IMG/VR virus record: IMGVR_UViG_3300032249_000480
Coordinates: 40,787-104,786 of that record
DNA: 64,000 bases
Strand: one strand, 5' to 3'
Origin: a virus
In this document: in pieces, positions 40,604 to 48,797 of the stretch
Numbering within the stretch: position 1 is the first letter of the stretch
How the letters are laid out: each line of letters begins with the position of its first letter
Program-made: the position numbers and the translations under genes
The notes under the pieces: generated by a model
What the model was told of the DNA's origin: nothing
The model's input: only the letters and a program-made list of their open reading frames with translations
The model's database searches: none

Positions 40604-40838
40604 TAGTTTAAACATTACCGTAGATCAGGTTAATCATCCACGTCATTACACAACTGATCCTTCTGGTGTTGAGTGCATTGAAATAACACGTCACAGAAAC
40701 TTTAATATTGGTAATGCTTTTAAGTATTTATGGAGAGCAGGACTAAAGGATGAGGCTAAAACAATTCAAGATCTTGAAAAGGCTATTTTTTATATTAAAG
40801 ATGAAATTAATAGACTAGAAGGAAAGTATGTCAACTGA
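40596..40838 (+). CDS. DUF3310-like protein
   Basis: VNHPRHY...ECIE...GNAFKYLWRAGLK...DLEKAIFY. Confidence 0.85.
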   Translation: MSDSLNITVDQVNHPRHYTTDPSGVECIEITRHRNFNIGNAFKYLWRAGLKDEAKTIQDLEKAIFYIKDEINRLEGKYVN

Positions 40839-41364
40839 AGAAGAGTTAGTTAAACATCTTGATCAAGTCAATACTGTTGTTGCAGAATATTTAAAGGGCA
40901 ATGATCCAACAAAAATTTCTAAAGAACTTGCAATTCCAAGAGTTAAAGTTGTAGAACTTATTAATGAATGGAAAGTTATGGCATCTGCTAATGATGCTAT
41001 TCGTGCACGTGCAAAAGAAGCCTTAGCCTCCATGGACGCACACTATGGAAAACTTATTGCCAAATCTTATGAAGTTATTGATGAAGCATCTATGACTAAT
41101 AATCTTGGTGCAAAGACTCAGGCAATTAAACTTGTTATGGATATTGAAGCAAAGCGTATTGATATGTTGCAAAAGGCTGGACTTCTTGAGAATAAAGAAC
41201 TTGCAGAAGAAATGCTTGAAATTGAAAAGCGTCAAGAAGTTTTAGTATCAATACTTAGAGATGTTGCTACAACTCATCCAGAAGTTCGTGACTTAATTAT
41301 GCAAAAATTATCTCAGGTTGCCAAAGAAGGCGAAGTGATTACAATTGTCCACGAAGTTCAATGA
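40828..41364 (+). CDS. Probable terminase small subunit
   Basis: N-terminal HTH-like segment, helical, overlaps the large subunit. Confidence 0.55.
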   Translation: MSTEEELVKHLDQVNTVVAEYLKGNDPTKISKELAIPRVKVVELINEWKVMASANDAIRARAKEALASMDAHYGKLIAKSYEVIDEASMTNNLGAKTQAIKLVMDIEAKRIDMLQKAGLLENKELAEEMLEIEKRQEVLVSILRDVATTHPEVRDLIMQKLSQVAKEGEVITIVHEVQ

Positions 41365-43147
41365 TTTTTTTGAGGCACTTCAAGATAACAACTTTGAAGA
41401 AACCCCAGTAGATGCAAAAACATTTGTTGAGCATCCAGATTATTTAGGACAGCCACCACTATCAACTATTCAATATGACATAGTTGAAGCAATGAGTCAA
41501 ATTTATAAAGAAGAAGACCTTAAAGCAATTATGGGGTATGAAAAGGGTGCTCAGTATTTTAAAAAATATACAAAGAATGAAATCATTTTGCAACTTGGCA
41601 AGGGATCTGGAAAAGACTTTGTATCAACAGTAGCATGTGCATATGTAGTATATAAACTATTATGTCTTAAAGATCCTGCTAGATATTTTGGTAAGCCAGC
41701 AGGAGATGCTATTGATATTATTAACGTTGCTATTAACGCACAACAGGCTAAGAACGTTTTCTTTAAAGGTTTTAAAAGTAAGATTGAACGCTCACCATGG
41801 TTTGCAGGAAAGTATGATCCCAAAGTAGATTCTATTGGGTTTGATAAATCTATTACTGTTTATTCTGGTCACTCAGAGCGTGAATCACACGAAGGTTTAA
41901 ACTTGCTTATGGCAGTTCTTGATGAGATTTCAGGCTTTGCTTCTGAAGTTGGAACTGGAAATGATCAAGGTAAAACTGCAGAAAATATTTACAAAGCATT
42001 TAGTGGTACGGTAGATTCTCGTTTTCCTGATCTTGGCAAAATTGTTTTACTTTCATTTCCCCGCTATAACGGAGACTTTATTTCTCAAAGGTATGAAGAT
42101 GTAATTCTTGAAAAAGATATTATTGATAAAAGACATACTTATATAATTAATCCTGATTTACCAGAAGATGAAATAGGCAATACACTAGATATTGCTTGGG
42201 AAGAAGACCATATTATTTCATATAAATACCCTGGAGTTTTTGCTTTAAAAAGACCAACTTGGGAAGTAAATCCTACTCGTAGTATTGAAGATTTTAAGAT
42301 GGCTTTCTTTAAAGATATGGGTGATGCAATGATGCGTTTCCTTTGCACACCAACTTACTCATCAGATGCATTTTTTAAACAAAGAGATAAACTTGAAAAA
42401 TGTATGACACTTAGAAATCCTATTGATAATTTTAAAAGGTTTGATGAATCTTTTAAACCAGATCCAGACAAGGTTTATTTTGTTCATGCTGACCTTGCAC
42501 AAAAACATGACAAGTGTGCGGTAGCAATTGCTCACGTAGAAAAATGGGTAAACGTACAAGTAATTAATAATTACGAACAAGTAGCACCAATTGTAGTAGT
42601 AGATGCAGTAGTATACTGGGAACCAAAAATTGAAGGCCCCGTCAACCTTTCAGAGGTCAAGCAGTGGATTCAAAACCTTAGAAGACTTGGCTTTAATGTT
42701 GGAATGGTAACATTTGACCGTTGGCAATCATTTGATATTCAGCAAGAACTAAAGGCTGTTGGAATAAGAACTGATACTGTTTCTGTTGGTAAAAAACATT
42801 ATGAAGATTTAGCAATGATGATTTATGAAGAGCGTGTAGCAATGCCACATATACAATTATTGCTTGATGAAATGGCAGAATTAAAAATAACAGATAATGG
42901 GAAAAGGGTAGATCACCCACGCAAAAAATCTAAAGACTTAGCAGATGCTGTATGTGGAGCAGTCTTTGATGCCATTAGTTTTACTAATAAAGATACAAAT
43001 CTTGAGATTGAAGTTCACACATGGACTAATACTAAGAAAGATACTCCCCTCTTTGTTGACAGCAAAGGGGACAATGTGATAGACTATAAAGGTAAAGAAA
43101 TACCTGATGAGGTTAAAGACTACCTTGACAGATTCAATTTACTATAG
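41345..43147 (+). CDS. terL: Terminase large subunit
   Basis: GKGSGKD Walker A, VLDE Walker B, HADLA nuclease motif, DHP...KDLADAV. Confidence 0.92.
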   Translation: MSTKFNDFFEALQDNNFEETPVDAKTFVEHPDYLGQPPLSTIQYDIVEAMSQIYKEEDLKAIMGYEKGAQYFKKYTKNEIILQLGKGSGKDFVSTVACAYVVYKLLCLKDPARYFGKPAGDAIDIINVAINAQQAKNVFFKGFKSKIERSPWFAGKYDPKVDSIGFDKSITVYSGHSERESHEGLNLLMAVLDEISGFASEVGTGNDQGKTAENIYKAFSGTVDSRFPDLGKIVLLSFPRYNGDFISQRYEDVILEKDIIDKRHTYIINPDLPEDEIGNTLDIAWEEDHIISYKYPGVFALKRPTWEVNPTRSIEDFKMAFFKDMGDAMMRFLCTPTYSSDAFFKQRDKLEKCMTLRNPIDNFKRFDESFKPDPDKVYFVHADLAQKHDKCAVAIAHVEKWVNVQVINNYEQVAPIVVVDAVVYWEPKIEGPVNLSEVKQWIQNLRRLGFNVGMVTFDRWQSFDIQQELKAVGIRTDTVSVGKKHYEDLAMMIYEERVAMPHIQLLLDEMAELKITDNGKRVDHPRKKSKDLADAVCGAVFDAISFTNKDTNLEIEVHTWTNTKKDTPLFVDSKGDNVIDYKGKEIPDEVKDYLDRFNLL

Positions 43148-43153
43148 TAAAAT
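43125..43153 (+). promoter_or_regulatory. SigA-type promoter for the secreted Ala/Thr-rich gene
   Basis: TTGACA-17 nt-TAAAAT. Confidence 0.7.
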
Positions 43154-43199
43154 AGAGTTATAGTCAAATGACTAGACACAAAACAATATAAGGAGAAAG

Positions 43200-44201
43200 A
43201 TGAATTCATTTAAGAAAGTATCGCTAATCATCGCTGCAGCCCTGACTAGCACAATGCTTGTAGCACCAGCAGCACAAGCAAATTCTGGAACTGTTACATT
43301 AACAGTAGCAGGATCTGCAGCAACAGGTGGAACAGTAGTAACAACTCCTGTATCACTACCAGTACCAGCAGACAACAGCATTGATGCAGCAGATGCATTA
43401 AAAATTGCAGTTACTGGTGTAGACACTGGAACTGTAGTAACAGCAGTTGCAGTAAATGCAACAATTGTTCCTGCTCTAGCAACAACTGGAACAGCAGTAA
43501 CAGCATTTTCTGGAACATCAACACTGTCAATTGGGACAGGAACTGGAACATCAGCAGACTTTTATGTATATACTAAAAGTACAGCAGTAGGATCAGTATC
43601 TATTACTCGTGCTGGAACAACAACAGTTTATTATGTTCAAGGTACCGCAGGTGCACTGAACTCAATTACGCTGACCGCTCCTGCATCAGCAGCAGCAGGT
43701 ACATCACAGGTGCTTAAAGTATCTGGATTTGACGTGTTTGGTAATCTAAAGAGCGGAGCCACTATCAATACATTGGTTTCAAGTTCTGGAGCAGCACTTG
43801 TAACAGCGCTGACAACTGACACAGCAACAGCAACACTTGGAACAAAAGAGCAGACAGTAACAATGCCTGCAACTGGTTCAGTAACAGTAGTTGCATATGC
43901 AACAGTAGCAACAGCCGTAACAGGTTTAGCAGCACCAGTAGGTTCTGTAAGTGCTACAATTGCAGTTCGTGATATTGCTGGAGAACTAGCAGCAAAGAAT
44001 GCAGAAGTTGCTTCTTTGACGGCACAACTTGCAGCAGAAAAGGCTGGACGTGCAGCAGATAAGGTTGCATCAGATAAGGCGCTTGCAGATGCGAAGGTTG
44101 CATCAGATGCAATAATTGCCTCTATCAAGAAGTCATTCAACGATCTTGCAAAGAAGTGGAATAAAAAGAATCCACGTGCTAAGGTTACACTTATTAAGTA
44201 A
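43200..44201 (+). CDS. Secreted Ala/Thr/Val-rich surface protein with C-terminal coiled coil
   Basis: Sec signal MNSFKKVSLIIAAALTSTMLVAPAAQA; beta-rich Ig-like body; basic C-terminus; AAGGAG SD. Confidence 0.75.
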   Translation: MNSFKKVSLIIAAALTSTMLVAPAAQANSGTVTLTVAGSAATGGTVVTTPVSLPVPADNSIDAADALKIAVTGVDTGTVVTAVAVNATIVPALATTGTAVTAFSGTSTLSIGTGTGTSADFYVYTKSTAVGSVSITRAGTTTVYYVQGTAGALNSITLTAPASAAAGTSQVLKVSGFDVFGNLKSGATINTLVSSSGAALVTALTTDTATATLGTKEQTVTMPATGSVTVVAYATVATAVTGLAAPVGSVSATIAVRDIAGELAAKNAEVASLTAQLAAEKAGRAADKVASDKALADAKVASDAIIASIKKSFNDLAKKWNKKNPRAKVTLIK

Positions 44202-44217
44202 TTAATACTTACAATTT

Positions 44218-44246
44218 AGGGAGTCATTAATTTGACTCCCTTTTTT
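44218..44246 (+). terminator. Intrinsic terminator
   Basis: agggagtca-ttaatt-tgactccct-ttttt. Confidence 0.88.
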
Positions 44247-44310
44247 GTATAATAAAATGATATAATAAGCCTAGTAGTCATAACACCACGCTGATTACAA
44301 GGAGAAAAGT

Positions 44311-45744
44311 TTGAAAAAGTTATTACGTATAGCCCTAATCTTGACCCTAGCATTTTTCCCACTAGTTTTTGCTTTAGATAAAGCAGGGGCAGAAGAAACT
44401 CCTACTGTAACAACTATAGTAACTCCTGGTGGAGACGATGTATCTTATCAAATCCCACTAACAGTAACAGTTGTTTATGACGGTGTTACGTATGAAAGGG
44501 TTTATGCTACGACTAATTCTGTTATCACATTTGGAAGACCTGATGGAACATACTGGGATTATCCATTAACTCCATCTATATCAATTGAATCTCGTGATTG
44601 GTGGGCTTTGCCACAACAGATGCCAGATACTCATTTTATTATTAATGTTAGTGATGGTGGATTTCAAGTAGATGGTGCATATCGTCCTTATGGATCTTTT
44701 ACTGGTGATGTAACAAGTATTGTTATTACTGCACAGATTCAGACAGATAATACTGTTGCTTATACATATGCAGTTAATGGACCTTTACAAGGTAATGAAA
44801 GAACAGGTGCTCGTTTAAATAATGGAACAGTTGTACCTTTAGAACAAGCAAATATTATTGAAGTTGTTGTTCCTCCAGTTTTAGAGCCAGAGCCAATTGC
44901 TCCAACCCCTACGCCTACACCAACGCCTGAGCCTACGCCAACCCCTACTCCTACGCCTGAGCCAATCATTCCAGAACCACAACCAATACCAGTGCCTCAA
45001 CCAGAACCTGTGATTCCTGCTCCAAGACCTGAACCAGTTGTAATTCCTGATCCTCCTGCGGTTATTCCTGATCCACCAGTAGTGGAACCTGAGCCTCCAA
45101 TTGTAGAGCCTGAGCCTCCAACAGAAGAACCTGAACCACCTACACCTATAGAAGAACCTCCTGCAGAAGCAGAAGAACCTCCAGTAGAGGCTGAAGAACC
45201 GCCTTTGGTGGAAGAAGAAGCCCCTAATTTAGTAGAAGAACCACCTTTAGTGGCAGATGAAAATTCTACTGATGAAGAAAAAGAAATTATTGCTGAGGCT
45301 TTAATAGAAGCAGCAAATGGTGAAGCCATTACTGCAGAGGATATAGCAGAAGCAGGTCTTACTTATGCTGACCTACCATCTCAGACTCCTGTTGAAGTTC
45401 GTCAAGATGAAAATGGAAACGAAGTAATTATTACGGCTGAAGTTGCAGCAGCGCTTGTGCTACTAGAAAACCCAGCAGAACTAATAAGCGCAATTTTTAC
45501 TGACCCAGCACAAGCACTTTTGGCTATAGGAAGCATTGGTGCAGATATGTCTGAAGAAGAGCGTGAAGAAGCAACAGAAATGGTTGTTGCAACAGTTGTA
45601 GCAGCAGGTGCAGCAATAAATGCCGCAGGTGCAGCAGCGGGGGCAGCAACATCCACTGGAGGATCTACTGGAAGTAATTCTGGCGGATCAGGTGGTGGAG
45701 GAGCCTCTGGCGAATCCAAGGGAGTAAGGAGAAGAAAACCATGA
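44311..45744 (+). CDS. Secreted/membrane-anchored Pro/Glu-rich protein
   Basis: Signal peptide, globular N-domain, ~120-aa Pro-rich stalk, hydrophobic segment and basic C-terminus. Confidence 0.75.
   Translation: MKKLLRIALILTLAFFPLVFALDKAGAEETPTVTTIVTPGGDDVSYQIPLTVTVVYDGVTYERVYATTNSVITFGRPDGTYWDYPLTPSISIESRDWWALPQQMPDTHFIINVSDGGFQVDGAYRPYGSFTGDVTSIVITAQIQTDNTVAYTYAVNGPLQGNERTGARLNNGTVVPLEQANIIEVVVPPVLEPEPIAPTPTPTPTPEPTPTPTPTPEPIIPEPQPIPVPQPEPVIPAPRPEPVVIPDPPAVIPDPPVVEPEPPIVEPEPPTEEPEPPTPIEEPPAEAEEPPVEAEEPPLVEEEAPNLVEEPPLVADENSTDEEKEIIAEALIEAANGEAITAEDIAEAGLTYADLPSQTPVEVRQDENGNEVIITAEVAAALVLLENPAELISAIFTDPAQALLAIGSIGADMSEEEREEATEMVVATVVAAGAAINAAGAAAGAATSTGGSTGSNSGGSGGGGASGESKGVRRRKP
44870..45250 (+). 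repeat. Coding low-complexity repeats (PT)n, EPEPP, EEPP
   Basis: Degenerate tandem repeats such as cctacgcct and gaagaacct. Confidence 0.8.
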
Positions 45745-45911
45745 TAAAAAAAATAGTAAAAGATATGATAGACCAATTGTGGACTCTACTTGGTATGTTT
45801 ATTGCCTGGGTAGTCCTTGATGGTTCAGCAAAAACAATAGTAGGTTATGCAATTATAGGAACGTTAGTTGTTTGGGCAATAACTTATCCTATTAGAAATA
45901 GAGATGAATAA
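45741..45911 (+). CDS. 56-aa two-TM membrane protein (absent from ORF track)
   Basis: MIKKIVKDMIDQLWTLLGMFIAWVVLDGSAKTIVGYAIIGTLVVWAITYPIRNRDE; ATGA overlap. Confidence 0.65.
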   Translation: MIKKIVKDMIDQLWTLLGMFIAWVVLDGSAKTIVGYAIIGTLVVWAITYPIRNRDE

Positions 45912-45947
45912 TAGTATATTTATATATATTATAGAAAGGAGATAAAT

Positions 45948-46244
45948 ATGACTAAGAAAAATATAGAAACAGTAGAGGCACCAACACAAGTTGGATCAGG
46001 AGCAATTGCAAGCATTAATAATATTATTATGCGTATTATTGCTGTTTTTGCAGCATCAGGACTATCAGTTATTGGCGCTGGCGCAGTTGTTGGAATTGAT
46101 ACAATGAGTGCTGTTATTCTTGCAGGTACCCTTGGGGTAGCCACAGTAGTTGAAAAACTTGCTCGTGGGTTCCTAGATGATGGAAAACTAACAGTTGCTG
46201 AGATAAATGCAGCATTCAAAACAGTAGACAAAAAGGCTAATTAA
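45948..46244 (+). CDS. Small membrane protein, holin candidate
   Basis: Two hydrophobic helices, charged C-terminus, AAGGAG SD. Confidence 0.45.
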   Translation: MTKKNIETVEAPTQVGSGAIASINNIIMRIIAVFAASGLSVIGAGAVVGIDTMSAVILAGTLGVATVVEKLARGFLDDGKLTVAEINAAFKTVDKKAN

Positions 46245-46260
46245 TCATTATTAGCCTTAC

Positions 46261-46320
46261 TTGACTTGCCTTCTCTATTGATGGTATACTTGAAATATAC
46301 CATTTTGGAGAGGGCTTTCT
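46261..46320 (+). promoter_or_regulatory. Promoter embedded in a hairpin that also covers the SD
   Basis: TTGACT...TGGTATACT inside gccttctcta/tggagagggc and atggtata/tataccat stems. Confidence 0.65.
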
Positions 46321-46848
46321 GTGACTTGTATTGCTGTCGTAAAACAAGATCAAACAATTTATATGGCTGGAGATAGAGGTGCTTCAACAGAAGACTCTAT
46401 ACTAATACTTAAGGCTCCAAAAGTATTTAAAATAGGACCATATCTTTTTGGTTATGCAGGAACAATGGACGGAGAAAGAATTCGTCATAACTTTAAACCT
46501 CCAGTACCAAAACCTAATGTTAATTTAGATAAGTTTATGTATACAGATTTTCTTATTGCCTTGAGAAATTTTTATGAGGCATGGTGGGTAGACATATCAA
46601 AAGATTCTGATTTTGGAATGATAATTGCAATTAAAGGAAGAATCTTTGAGCATAATGCAGTTGACATGTCGTTAACAGAATACGAAGAAGAATATCTTGC
46701 AATGGGTTCAGGTAGTGATTTTGCTCTTGGATCTTTATGGACAACTCAAAATCAAAAAAATGGTAAAAGAAGAGCACAATTAGCAGTAGAAGCAGCAGTA
46801 AAATATTCAACATCTTGCATTGGACCAGTTGACGTAGTAAGCCTTTAA
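46321..46848 (+). CDS. Ntn-hydrolase, HslV/proteasome beta-subunit-like protease
   Basis: N-terminal (M)TCIAV, AGDRG, K, GYAG, AMGSGSDFALG. Confidence 0.82.
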   Translation: MTCIAVVKQDQTIYMAGDRGASTEDSILILKAPKVFKIGPYLFGYAGTMDGERIRHNFKPPVPKPNVNLDKFMYTDFLIALRNFYEAWWVDISKDSDFGMIIAIKGRIFEHNAVDMSLTEYEEEYLAMGSGSDFALGSLWTTQNQKNGKRRAQLAVEAAVKYSTSCIGPVDVVSL

Positions 46849-46863
46849 GGGTATAATTAAAGT

Positions 46864-47046
46864 ATGATCAATGATGAAGATTCTTTAGAGTTTGATATAT
46901 GGTTAGAAAACGGAATTAATCGTGGTTGGATTACAGAACCATTTTGTAATACTCATGATGGAGATCCTTTTATGACAGAAGAAGAGCAACAAGAATGGGA
47001 AGATGGTGGGGATCCCTGCCAAGTAGTATTTAAAATAAAAGAGTAA
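46864..47046 (+). CDS. Hypothetical acidic protein
   Basis: ATG 6 nt after TATAAT; CNTHDG...GDPC. Confidence 0.7.
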   Translation: MINDEDSLEFDIWLENGINRGWITEPFCNTHDGDPFMTEEEQQEWEDGGDPCQVVFKIKE

Positions 47047-47065
47047 AAGTTTGATATAATATATA

Positions 47066-47118
47066 TGTACTGCCTACGGGGGTACACTAACTTATTCGCT
47101 TGAAAGGGGAATAATATG
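47066..47118 (+). promoter_or_regulatory. ROSE-like RNA thermometer in hsp20 5' UTR
   Basis: UACG-capped hairpin followed by UUAUUCGCUU pairing with AGGGGAAUAA, which contains the SD. Confidence 0.6.
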
Positions 47119-47529
47119 ATGAACGATCCATGGGCCATTTTTAATGACCCTTTTTTTATTGGGTTTAATAGAAACCTAACACAACTAAACAATGTATATA
47201 AAACAAATAACCAATCCTATCCTCCATATGATCTTCTTAAACTAGATGAAGACACATATGTTTTGTCTTTAGCGGTTGCTGGATTTTCTAAAGAAGACAT
47301 TGATGTATCTGTAGACAATGGATCTCTTGTTATTAAAGGAGAGACTGTAGAAGTTACTGATGCTGAAGTGGTTCACAAGGGTATTGCTAATCGTAAGTTT
47401 ACTCGTACATTTGCTCTTGGTGAATACATGGAAGTAGTTGGAGCAGAACTAAAAGACGGTATGTTGACAATTAAGATTGATCGTATCGTTCCTGAAGAAA
47501 AGAAACCAAAAACAATTAAGATAAAGTAG
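47116..47529 (+). CDS. hsp20: Small heat shock protein Hsp20 (IbpA-like)
   Basis: YPPYD, AVAGF, HKGIANRKFTRTF, A.LKDGML.I, PEEKKPKTIKIK. Confidence 0.95.
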   Translation: MMNDPWAIFNDPFFIGFNRNLTQLNNVYKTNNQSYPPYDLLKLDEDTYVLSLAVAGFSKEDIDVSVDNGSLVIKGETVEVTDAEVVHKGIANRKFTRTFALGEYMEVVGAELKDGMLTIKIDRIVPEEKKPKTIKIK

Positions 47530-47540
47530 TATAATATAAT

Positions 47541-47628
47541 AGTCCCCACACAGGACCTTAGTGATGGATTAGTTACCCATTTATAATGACCGTGGCCTAC
47601 GTGCCTGAATTACCTGTGTGGGGCTTTT
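47541..47628 (+). ncRNA. Putative stand-alone structured small RNA
   Basis: TATAAT at 47530-47535; perfect 11-bp closing stem ccccacacagg/cctgtgtgggg; internal hairpins; ends in T run; GC-rich against flanks. Confidence 0.6.
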
Positions 47629-47654
47629 AATTATTCTGATATAATTAGTTTGCT

Positions 47655-47930
47655 ATGACTGACAAAGAGTTAGTTCAATATAATAAACAAGAGTTTAAGC
47701 AACGCCTAAAACAAATAAAAGAAAAGTCTGGCTGTGTTGATTGTGGAGAAAATAATCATATTGTTTTAGATTTTGATCACTTAAGTAATAAAAAATATAA
47801 TGTTTCAAGAATGATTCATGATGGATTTTCTTGGGCAGCAATTAAAAAAGAAATATCAAAGTGTGAAGTTGTGTGTTCCAATTGTCATAGAATAAGAACT
47901 CACAACAGATTGACAAAAAAAACTGCTTAG
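47655..47930 (+). CDS. HNH endonuclease
   Basis: CVDCG...LDFDH...CEVVCSNCHRIRT. Confidence 0.85.
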   Translation: MTDKELVQYNKQEFKQRLKQIKEKSGCVDCGENNHIVLDFDHLSNKKYNVSRMIHDGFSWAAIKKEISKCEVVCSNCHRIRTHNRLTKKTA

Positions 47931-47938
47931 TGTATAAT
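47910..47938 (+). promoter_or_regulatory. Consensus promoter for endolysin operon
   Basis: TTGACA-17 nt-TATAAT. Confidence 0.75.
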
Positions 47939-47963
47939 AGATTATAAGCATAGGAGGCTTAAC

Positions 47964-48596
47964 ATGGCAATTAAAGGATCAGTAGAAGCAATCATTGAAG
48001 TTGCAAAAAAAGAAGTTGGGACAATTGAAGGTCCAAAAGATAATGAAACAAAGTATGGTAAGTGGACTGGTATGAATTTTCAACCATGGTGTCAATCATT
48101 TGTTTCTTGGTGTGCATTTACATCAGGACTAGACCCAAAGAAATATCCAAAGTCTGCATCAACAGTCGCAGCATCTGATTGGTTTAAAAAGAATAATCGT
48201 TGGGCAGATGCACGTAATGATGATCCAACTCCAGGAGATTGGATTTATTTTGATTTTCCAGAAGATGGTGTTAATAGAATTTCTCATGTTGGTATTTGCA
48301 TTAAGAACAATGGAGATGGAACCATTCAAGTTATTGAAGGAAACACTTCTGGAACTGCAAAGGGGGATCAGAGAAACGGCGGAATGTGCGTTGAGAAGAC
48401 TCGTGCATATGTAAAGAATAATGGAAAGAAGTTAATTAATGGTGTTGTTGCTTGGGGTCGCCCAGTTTATGCTGGTGAAGAAAATGTTCAATTACTAAAC
48501 AAGTTAGCAGCACCTGCTAAGTCTACATCTGAAACTGCTACTAAGAAGGCTGCTAAGAAGACATCTGGCAGCGGTAAAGTTAGTCAAGTAAAGTAA
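47964..48596 (+). CDS. CHAP-domain endolysin/amidase
   Basis: PWCQSFVSW, PGDWIYF, SHVGI, IEGNT. Confidence 0.88.
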   Translation: MAIKGSVEAIIEVAKKEVGTIEGPKDNETKYGKWTGMNFQPWCQSFVSWCAFTSGLDPKKYPKSASTVAASDWFKKNNRWADARNDDPTPGDWIYFDFPEDGVNRISHVGICIKNNGDGTIQVIEGNTSGTAKGDQRNGGMCVEKTRAYVKNNGKKLINGVVAWGRPVYAGEENVQLLNKLAAPAKSTSETATKKAAKKTSGSGKVSQVK

Positions 48597-48797
48597 ATGG
48601 AATCAACAAAGAGAACATTGCTTAAAACAGCAAGTTGGGAAACTTTTCACCTTGTTGGTGTAGCAGGAGTAATTTATTTATTTACTGGTGAATGGGAATA
48701 CGCAAGCCTTGGAGCATTACTATACATTGGTTGGGAAGCACTTGGATACTTTCTTCATGAAAGAGTATGGGCAAAGTTTGGTAAAAAAATTAAATGA
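48597..48797 (+). CDS. DUF2061-like membrane protein
   Basis: MESTKRTLLKTASW...YFLHERVW. Confidence 0.8.
   Translation: MESTKRTLLKTASWETFHLVGVAGVIYLFTGEWEYASLGALLYIGWEALGYFLHERVWAKFGKKIK

Noticed and set aside
31913-43147. Inteins or introns in DnaE, RecA or TerL
   Set aside because: Proteins are of ordinary length with contiguous motifs; no splice-junction or homing endonuclease inserts seen.
47564-47580. rRNA gene fragment
   Set aside because: Similarity is limited to a 13-nt loop; flanks are not rRNA. Kept only as a mimicry hypothesis.
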